Made by a program: the position numbers and the translations under genes. Positions 29,101-35,847 of a stretch of DNA of 64,000 nt are shown here, piece by piece. Origin of the DNA: Lachnospiraceae bacterium UBA4260 (GTDB lineage: Bacteria; Bacillota; Clostridia; Lachnospirales; Lachnospiraceae). Where the stretch lies: the NCBI GenBank assembly GCA_002395235.1, contig DGWK01000008.1, positions 34,174 through 98,173 on the forward strand, in the 5' to 3' direction. The number at the start of each line of letters is the position of its first letter. Position 1 is the first letter of the stretch. The notes beneath the pieces are model-generated. The model worked only from the letters and a program-made list of their open reading frames with translations, was not told the origin of the DNA and made no database searches.

Positions 29101-30116
29101 CTCACGGAAGAATCATTAAGAAGTTCTACAAGGACATTATTGTACTCTTTGTTCGTTCGAACCCCGGCTTCTCTGAGCTGATTGCTGATGATCTCCAGTA
29201 CATGAGGCTTTTTGCACGCTTCCTGCTGCGAGTTGGTAACGCCGTTATATTTCAGCCCGCTGCTCTGCATACTGACCATTCGAGGCTCATAGGACTTTAA
29301 TAATACTTTTGTTCCTCCAAAATATGCTAAATAGAGATTAAAAAGGTTTTTCAGCTGCCCTCTGAGCTCCATATCTATGTCGTCACTTTGAAATGAATTT
29401 CCGCCTAAATTCATATTGTGCTCAAGGAAGAACTGGATCTGTTCAAACAGGAGGAATCCTGCTGAAGGCAGCATATACCATCCCCATGTGATCTTCCTTG
29501 TCATCTCAGCCAAAGGTTTGTCTGCACCGATCACGATGATACTGACTCCGACAACCTCTATAACACCCAGAAGGATAAAAGCATTCTTCATACTGCGGAT
29601 CCAGTGGTACCAGACGCTGCCTTTCGCGTTGACCTCGTATTCATATCCGCCTTCAGCTTCCGTATACGCAAGATCTGACAAGAGCCACGGAAAATGAACC
29701 AGCTTTTCTGTGAACGTGCCGTCCTTTACACTGATAAAACTTCTGTTGCGAAAAAGCAGCCGAATAATACCGAGCACCAAATCCGCAAGCAGAATGAAAA
29801 ACAGATTCATCAATATGATCAGGAGCAGCATATAGATCAGCTCATAATTTCGCTCAGGCGTCATCGTGTTAAAAAAGCCGGTCAGAAAAGAATTACTGAT
29901 CACACGGTCAAGTCCTTGAAGAATGTAAGGAAGCATGAGCCGGTTTCCCGACAACAAGATCAGTACGGCAAGTACAACGATCAGTCTGCAGTGCAGATAT
30001 CTTTCATTGATATCGTATTTTATAAATTGGATCGGAATATGCGCCACTATCAGAGCACCTGTACATATCAGCAGAAAAAGCAGATAATGTGCAAGCATCA
30101 TAATCAATTCATTCAT
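26160..30116 (-). CDS. Multi-TM protein with degenerate SF2 (DEAD/DEAH-like) helicase core, Cys4 Zn finger and HExxH (DA1-like) metallopeptidase
   Basis: N-terminal hydrophobic helices; motif remnants FLILCMDNERAVEL (Ia), ILVIGFQDL (Ib), LKMIVIDRA (II), no GKT; C-terminal CSFC...CRDC then STLIHELTHYWQ...EGHASY. Confidence 0.6.
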   Translation of the reverse strand: MNELIMMLAHYLLFLLICTGALIVAHIPIQFIKYDINERYLHCRLIVVLAVLILLSGNRLMLPYILQGLDRVISNSFLTGFFNTMTPERNYELIYMLLLIILMNLFFILLADLVLGIIRLLFRNRSFISVKDGTFTEKLVHFPWLLSDLAYTEAEGGYEYEVNAKGSVWYHWIRSMKNAFILLGVIEVVGVSIIVIGADKPLAEMTRKITWGWYMLPSAGFLLFEQIQFFLEHNMNLGGNSFQSDDIDMELRGQLKNLFNLYLAYFGGTKVLLKSYEPRMVSMQSSGLKYNGVTNSQQEACKKPHVLEIISNQLREAGVRTNKEYNNVLVELLNDSSVSIRDYLQGEILTYLCAYMNYYCTEGDTFLILCMDNERAVELQRIVDERLERINRVTCMWSVGGRDKAANNETIHILVIGFQDLVSYKLLAKRKDFFKNLKMIVIDRAVTFSAYSNIHKEMIFSEFSRISKEFEKEYQYVLVSEVESPTLEASFGTYIGKDITPFKNVGNQVETYVMAWAEEGYYRTQRRLGIGGDLSEYIGVSMTLALIAVGVEFPSVHVYAGESKPLLTYRKALSANQREIRRFLRRDTDYSQWIRINDYSDILEKENLDMIILYDDHFNLYNTLWNWLKYGGKKGTLIHIVSPQYLLRDYFAENIEELIRRENDYAPLIGWRSNLDHSRFQALLLQMANTGMLEKDVMERSREYGWDYKGIGNLLRVALNSVLKDKKRNHNIYEHFHFSEETVFNAATDEYERQVTITLINEAIKKELVRQTSFVKLNHKASETVEEIPVLRDNVMNYFLRDQVVSIKGVLRNVLNIEDGIVYTENVASESHKSYYQSSEFEIGNRQIVDHCVDYDVLDFNVYLANNVKRIIKGYWSSDRGINLGAEAGMSLSRVYDRYGKEGNDLVEVKNSIQMLEIRIPCRVAGDKAEQMVLLLAFMMQELFKTLFPDSYMNLFVITRFDASDDYWTKLFKDTAAASAEEKIHSIVPFIRPGKMEEIADSSTDEEKISLYIVEYSAIELGMISSLYQNRIKVFRIVDNYLKWYNRRFASSDPAGKTEGGFLHLGLDTLPAFFASAELESFCESFLPKLEESEGFATAPDIPGGIRCSFCGKPTVFWKEMHDGRRICRDCENQMIRQEDEIRQLYETVVNNMYYHYGVRRPKNLHLRFASAEAIRKRIGKGSPYDRVLGFCERKDRGRKKALWIEARGPRNTVQSTLIHELTHYWQFEEIGLKKLNKLGPGGGLVAMEGHASYVEVSAMRDFGESDYADAMEEELMARKDEYGEGFKAFKEYMKTLESEGSHVNPFEAFKLMVEGKK

Positions 30117-32182
30117 TCGCTTCCTCCGTTGATTTGTTGAGGCCAGTAAAAAGGATTTTCAATTACGCCGTAATTATAATCCAGTTCAATATCCGATGCG
30201 CTGTATCTACTGCCGATCGAATACCCCCTGATTCTGTCATTATAGAGAAGACTGAAGAAAGAGCATTTCTGAAGGTGTCTTCCGATTGCTTCTTTATGCC
30301 ACAAAAACTTCCTGTTCTCCTCAGTGCTATGAGTCCTCATATCTTCCAGATCCTGGAGATAATGATTCATGACATCAATAGCATTAATATTATTCATATA
30401 CTCTTCGAAATTGCGGGCTATCTCGTTATATCCCCTTGTAAATTTAATCAAATCTTTTTTCAACTGCTTCGTAGATTCTGCCATTCTTGCTCTGTAATAG
30501 ATGCCGGGCGCGCCCCATGCAAAGACCATTAACAGCGTGGCTGCGGCAGCACTTAAGCCGGCTCCTGCCAGATTCCACATATCACTGAAGAGGCTTTCCT
30601 GCAGCAGCAGATGGGAAAGCAGGACAAATCCGCCGGCCGTCAGAAATAGCAGGATGAAGTTTGCTAATCGTATCTGATCCCGCCTTTTTCTGTAGTAATG
30701 TATCTCCTTACTGCAAGTTCGGATGGCAAGATCCACATACAGCTGATCATCGTACGTTACATGAGGTATCATTTTCTGTCTTTTCAGATCTTCCAGCAGC
30801 TCTTCCTTTCTCCGATTTACTTTGCGGATCACCTCATCAATCTGGTCTGTGTCGTAAATCCTGTTGTCCGTTTTCTCCTTAGCCCTTTTGTCATTTCTTT
30901 GACGTATTTCGCTCTTATACAATGAGCTGAGTGTTTCCGAGAATTTTTCCAGGGAAACTTCCAGCCTTCCAAGCAGCTCTTTTAATTGCTTCTCCACGTC
31001 ATCCCAGGATTTTTCACTGTTTAGCGTGTGTACGCTTCTCTCGTACTCTTCCAATATTCCGGCGATCTTTTTCTCGTATTCGGTCCCGTCAAATTCACAC
31101 AGAAATCTCGCCGGTTCTTCAACGTTAAATTTCAGGCTTTCCTCAGCATTTGTATACCTGCCTGCCATTTCTCTCTGGCGGCTGCTCATTCTCTCTTCAT
31201 ACAGCATCATCATATTGCCGTATTTTTTCCAGATTACTTCATCATCTTTGGCATTTTTCCAGTTTTCCCTGGCTTTCTGTTTCAAAGTCGAATTTATATC
31301 ATTCTCATCTTTGCCGTCTGTGTTTCCGGCCAGCCCCGTAGTTATATAATCTACAATTCCCAGCAGTGCAAGCCTGTGTTCCGCAGTGTCGCTGCTGATC
31401 TTTTTTGTGAATACACTGAACGCGCTAACCGTTTCACTGGTGAATGCTACCAGATTGTGGATGTTATTAAATCGGGCAACTCTGTTTCTTTGTTCCTCAG
31501 ACAGGTTGTCTTTTTTCTTTGGCGATGGCGGCGGCGGCGGTTCCTTCCTGCTTTCTTCATATAATTTGTTGGTTGTATACCACTCGTAAAAATCATTCAA
31601 AAACTGGATTGTGACCGCGTCCTTCTTTTCGATCGATGCTCTCTTCATATTCTCGATGATCTCTCTCTCAGAAGGCAAGGTACCCGCTTCCCCCCAGTCA
31701 ACCCCCAAATACTCCATCAGGGCAGGAAGATCAAAAGTATGGTCTTCTATCTCATCGCCGATTCGTTTTTCATCGAGTGTATTCTCAACGTCATATAGTA
31801 ATATGACAGTAACGTTCTTATCCACTCTGTCTTTTGTCTTAATAAAGACTTTGGCGTTCTGCATACAGTAGTGAATTTTGAGCAGTCTGTAAAGAACGGT
31901 TTCTTTCCACGGCACATCTTTTTTGTATCTCTGCCGTACCCCGAAGATCAGTCTGTAATCACGAATCATATGAGAAGATTGGCCGATATAATTCTTGATC
32001 TTATATAACGCATTCTGAATGCTTCTGTTTTCGGGAGTCCCGCCGCCCTTCCCTGCGGTGTCATTAAAGCTTGCTTCCACAACATAAAACTTGTGATCAT
32101 TCTGCAGTTTATAAAAGAACATCTCGAAAGTCGACATGTTCAGGCATTCGTCCACGTTGATATAGAAATTAAACTCATTCAA
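30113..32182 (-). CDS. Hypothetical protein: N-terminal alpha/beta region, coiled coils, two TM helices near the C-terminus
   Basis: Long open frame overlapping the next gene by 4 bp; likely TTG start at 32182 after RBS GGAGG (ORF track starts at 32227); TMs LANFILLFLTAGGFVLLSHLLL and LAGAGLSAAAATLLMVFAW. Confidence 0.75.
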   Translation of the reverse strand: MNEFNFYINVDECLNMSTFEMFFYKLQNDHKFYVVEASFNDTAGKGGGTPENRSIQNALYKIKNYIGQSSHMIRDYRLIFGVRQRYKKDVPWKETVLYRLLKIHYCMQNAKVFIKTKDRVDKNVTVILLYDVENTLDEKRIGDEIEDHTFDLPALMEYLGVDWGEAGTLPSEREIIENMKRASIEKKDAVTIQFLNDFYEWYTTNKLYEESRKEPPPPPSPKKKDNLSEEQRNRVARFNNIHNLVAFTSETVSAFSVFTKKISSDTAEHRLALLGIVDYITTGLAGNTDGKDENDINSTLKQKARENWKNAKDDEVIWKKYGNMMMLYEERMSSRQREMAGRYTNAEESLKFNVEEPARFLCEFDGTEYEKKIAGILEEYERSVHTLNSEKSWDDVEKQLKELLGRLEVSLEKFSETLSSLYKSEIRQRNDKRAKEKTDNRIYDTDQIDEVIRKVNRRKEELLEDLKRQKMIPHVTYDDQLYVDLAIRTCSKEIHYYRKRRDQIRLANFILLFLTAGGFVLLSHLLLQESLFSDMWNLAGAGLSAAAATLLMVFAWGAPGIYYRARMAESTKQLKKDLIKFTRGYNEIARNFEEYMNNINAIDVMNHYLQDLEDMRTHSTEENRKFLWHKEAIGRHLQKCSFFSLLYNDRIRGYSIGSRYSASDIELDYNYGVIENPFYWPQQINGGSE

Positions 32183-32278
32183 GAGACTTTCCCTCCGTTC
32201 TATTGAACTCTCTGCAGAAGATGACAAGGCTGCTCTGCCTTACTGGCAGGCAGCCTGTCATAAAACTCCCTTGTTCGA

Positions 32279-35200
32279 TCAATAGGTAATGCTGATTTCC
32301 TTAAGCCGGTTCATATGCATCCGGATCTTCTTTTCAATTGGATCCAGAGCTGCACCGCTCGCCTCTTTTTTGCCGGTATTACTGGCTTTATACATGCGAT
32401 CGAGCGCTTCCTTATATATATCATCAGCAGCTGTATACTTGTCTGGAAACAGATTTTGCAGGTACTCTGTCAATGTCAGCTGGATTCCTTCAAACAGATG
32501 GTCCCAGCTTCTTTCTTTCATTCGCTCGTCCCGGATCATCGATTCAAGAATATCAAGAATATTACTGTCATCACTCTCCGGTATTTCCTGAATGAGATCC
32601 TTGAGCAGAGACAATTCATTGATCATGTCGTCCGGTCTCAACATTCCCATACTATTGCGTTCCTTCTCGTTATCATCTTCTGCGCGCTCTAATATGTTGT
32701 CTACCAGAAGCCTGTTGTTGCGAAGCGCCTTATAAAGATCCACATACCCCGAACGGATGAGAAGTCCCTTTTCGCGCACAGGAGTCCTGTATTTCTTTAT
32801 GTTTATATACTGCCACTTGTCTCCGCTGGTGATCCCGGGTACTTCTTCTCTAATGAATACATCCATCCCCATTGCGTAAAAGAATGCTTTTCTGATCATT
32901 CTGTCGCGGAAGAATCTCTCCGTTTTGGTCAATTCCGGAAGGAAACCGTCTTCGTGCCAGAACTGATCCAAATGCGGTGTCACAACAGTCTTGTAGGCGT
33001 CTTCTCCATATACGATCGGATCGAGCCCGATATTTGCAATTCTCTCTCTATAGAGCTCTGCAAACTCTGAGTCATAAGCATATTTTGACAATTGCTCAAC
33101 AGTATATTTGTGTTTGACTTTCATGCAGATGATCTCATATTTAGAGAAACTGTCATTTACCAGAACCGCAGGAATCATATAATCCGTCGCTTGTGTCTTT
33201 TCTGCTATTCGGTCTTCCGTTACCGCTTTGTTGAATTCTCCACCGCTCTGCTCGCCCGCTGCCGGGTTCATGGCAATATAAACATTTTCCGATGTGTTTT
33301 CATTGCTGTTCACGGAAATCATGGGGGCAGCCTCTGACATTGCCAGTTCAATTAGTTTTTTCTCGTAATCCAGACGATCTTTGTTAAAGCTCTCGGAATA
33401 CTCAGAGTATCCCTCAAGTTTCATCTGCTTCACGATCGCCTCTTTGATCGAGATATTAACAGTCTTGTCTCCCTCCACATCAACATAATCATAGATTTTC
33501 TTAAGGATCGCCGAATCAAATAAAGAAGCAATGTCTTCTTTAACGCGAATCCTTGTTTTTTTCCTCATCTCCGGCGAAACTTCAACATTTGTATCATTGT
33601 CAAAAAGGATTGTAGCCTGACGGAACAGCCCCAGGAAGACTCCTTCCTTGGCTTCTTCCGGTACCTGGAAATCAGAATACTTTGAAAAATCGCCGAAGGA
33701 CTGCTTAAATGCATCCGGACTTCCATACACAATGTGGATACCATAGGGGTTCTCAATGAAACTGTTTTCAAGATTATTCAGTTTTTCGTTATTTCCTTCG
33801 ATCCGGACTTCAATAGTCTGGAAGAAATCCTCATAATTTTTGGCGAGCTGGTCAAATCTCCGGCGCAAAGCTCTGTAAGTAGCGGTCTTGATCTGATTAG
33901 TACCGTAACTCTTAATATCTTCAATTCTCTGGTTATAGTATTTCTTATAATCTTCAACAACTTCACTGATTGCCTTCGAAGAAGGGAAAATGAAGAAACT
34001 CTTTTTGTTGTTTGCTTCATTGAGCATATAATGCGCTGTTTGAACACCTTTCTTTTCCGTATCAAAGTCCGTGTTCTCAAATCCCTTAATTGAAGACTGC
34101 GTTATCACATCCGGCAGCTTCGAGATTTTCTTATCCAGTTCCATAACCATTTTATAGCACAGATATCTGGCCACTACAGGATGCGTTTTCCCTATAAAAT
34201 TGTACACGCTCAAGGGGGATCCCTTACCCATCATCATTGTCTCATAGGATTCCGGAAATACCTCGTTAGCGATTTGATATCGACAGCTCTCTACATGATT
34301 GATCATAGCCTGGGCATAATTGTTGATCGCCTCGGTCCTTTCTGTGAACTGTTCAGATGCGACTTTATATTCTTTTATATTCTCATCGCTGAACCCGCAC
34401 TGTTTTTCCTTGGCTTGAAGCTGCGTCGTATCCAGGATCTCCTCAATTCGCGAATCGATTTTTTTCAGAAAACTTGTAACTTTGCTTCTCGGAGCCTTCG
34501 TGCTGTCGTTGTCTATAATAAAGGCCTCATTCTTGAGGGCGCCAAGCCTCCTTCCTTCTTTTCCGTCTGTCTCTGTTTCGAACTTACTGGTATAAACCTC
34601 CATGGTCTTGGGGATCTTCACAGAAGGATCTGATTTCTGCCTGCTCCTTGCGTCCCGCTTTTCCAATTCGCACAGCTTATCCAATAAGATCCATTCGTCG
34701 TTGACGATCTTTTTGCAGAAACGAAGAGTTATATATTCTTTAATCTGTTTATAGGGATATCTCAATAGGCAAAGCCCTGCGGATGAATAGCGATTCATCC
34801 CGGCGCACTGAATATCCAGAAGCGTTTCGTTATTCGCCGAGCTTGCTGCTGAGTCATAGACAGGCGTGAACAGCAATGTGTAAACAATAGCGGCAACCTG
34901 TTCCTTTATTGTTTCGAGGCTGGCCTCTCCCGTCGTTCCCTCGTTGTCGATTCCTTCTACAAGGTAAAATGAATCATAGGGAATCGTAGCTCCCTCATCA
35001 ATCATTCCCTTTATCTTTACCTGGACTTCCTCTCCTGTAATATTTTCACCGATCTTGAACTTTTTATATTTCCTTGTCAGAGTCTCCTTACCGATCTCAT
35101 ATTCCCTTTTCCAGTTTTTGCTATCGTAAAACTCAAATTCCAGGGTCTCAGTGTCGGATTCTTTTTCGGCCTGTGTCAGATACAGTGCATTCAGTTCTTT

Positions 35201-35827
35201 CAGGCATGCATATGCGTTGATCTTAACCGCGTCTCTGTTGATCTTTGAAGGATTGACGTTTTTGGTAATATCAGGTCCGACGAACATTCCCCTGATCTGA
35301 ATTTTGACTCCGGGCATGTTTTTTTTCATATAATCCCTGATATAGTAAGGGATCTGAAGAAATGACCCGGCACCGGTTCCTCCGGTGATCGATCCTGCAA
35401 TGAAAACATTAAATCTCTCGATACTTGTGTTTCCTGAATGTCTCAGTATTCGACTAATCTCGTTTTCCAAAATCAGAAGCGGATTGTGATCACTGAGTAC
35501 AGAAGCTGCCAGTACAAGACGCGCGATCGCGCGGATCTGTCCGGCTCCTTCAGAGAGCCCGCGCGTATTGATAAATTTGTTCGCAGGAAACCAATCAATT
35601 GCATTCAAAGCATTATTATTCAGCACTGACTTTACAATTCCCGTATCCCCGATCCAAATTTTTTGAACATTTTCAAGCTTATTCAGATCTCCCAGATCCG
35701 TGTCAATGGCAACAGCCCCCACGAAACTCTTTTGGGATTCAGGAAGCTTCCCCATTACTTTATCAACTATAGACCCTCCGATCCCTCCAAGTCCGACCAG
35801 CAGTACAGGTACATTTTTGGCTATCAT
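32279..35827 (-). CDS. Tubulin/FtsZ-like GTPase (Tubulin_2-type) with very long helical C-terminal extension
   Basis: VLLVGLGGIGGSIV (T1), AIDTD, GAGQIRAIAR (T3), GSITGGTGAG (T4 signature loop), NAYACLKELN, YSSAGLCLLRYP. Confidence 0.85.
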   Translation of the reverse strand: MIAKNVPVLLVGLGGIGGSIVDKVMGKLPESQKSFVGAVAIDTDLGDLNKLENVQKIWIGDTGIVKSVLNNNALNAIDWFPANKFINTRGLSEGAGQIRAIARLVLAASVLSDHNPLLILENEISRILRHSGNTSIERFNVFIAGSITGGTGAGSFLQIPYYIRDYMKKNMPGVKIQIRGMFVGPDITKNVNPSKINRDAVKINAYACLKELNALYLTQAEKESDTETLEFEFYDSKNWKREYEIGKETLTRKYKKFKIGENITGEEVQVKIKGMIDEGATIPYDSFYLVEGIDNEGTTGEASLETIKEQVAAIVYTLLFTPVYDSAASSANNETLLDIQCAGMNRYSSAGLCLLRYPYKQIKEYITLRFCKKIVNDEWILLDKLCELEKRDARSRQKSDPSVKIPKTMEVYTSKFETETDGKEGRRLGALKNEAFIIDNDSTKAPRSKVTSFLKKIDSRIEEILDTTQLQAKEKQCGFSDENIKEYKVASEQFTERTEAINNYAQAMINHVESCRYQIANEVFPESYETMMMGKGSPLSVYNFIGKTHPVVARYLCYKMVMELDKKISKLPDVITQSSIKGFENTDFDTEKKGVQTAHYMLNEANNKKSFFIFPSSKAISEVVEDYKKYYNQRIEDIKSYGTNQIKTATYRALRRRFDQLAKNYEDFFQTIEVRIEGNNEKLNNLENSFIENPYGIHIVYGSPDAFKQSFGDFSKYSDFQVPEEAKEGVFLGLFRQATILFDNDTNVEVSPEMRKKTRIRVKEDIASLFDSAILKKIYDYVDVEGDKTVNISIKEAIVKQMKLEGYSEYSESFNKDRLDYEKKLIELAMSEAAPMISVNSNENTSENVYIAMNPAAGEQSGGEFNKAVTEDRIAEKTQATDYMIPAVLVNDSFSKYEIICMKVKHKYTVEQLSKYAYDSEFAELYRERIANIGLDPIVYGEDAYKTVVTPHLDQFWHEDGFLPELTKTERFFRDRMIRKAFFYAMGMDVFIREEVPGITSGDKWQYINIKKYRTPVREKGLLIRSGYVDLYKALRNNRLLVDNILERAEDDNEKERNSMGMLRPDDMINELSLLKDLIQEIPESDDSNILDILESMIRDERMKERSWDHLFEGIQLTLTEYLQNLFPDKYTAADDIYKEALDRMYKASNTGKKEASGAALDPIEKKIRMHMNRLKEISITY

Positions 35828-35847
35828 ATATTTTTCCTCCTCATTGA

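Noticed and set aside
32279-35827. ftsZ
   Set aside because: Three times too long, no dcw-cluster context and no FtsZ C-terminal core peptide; called Tubulin_2-like instead.
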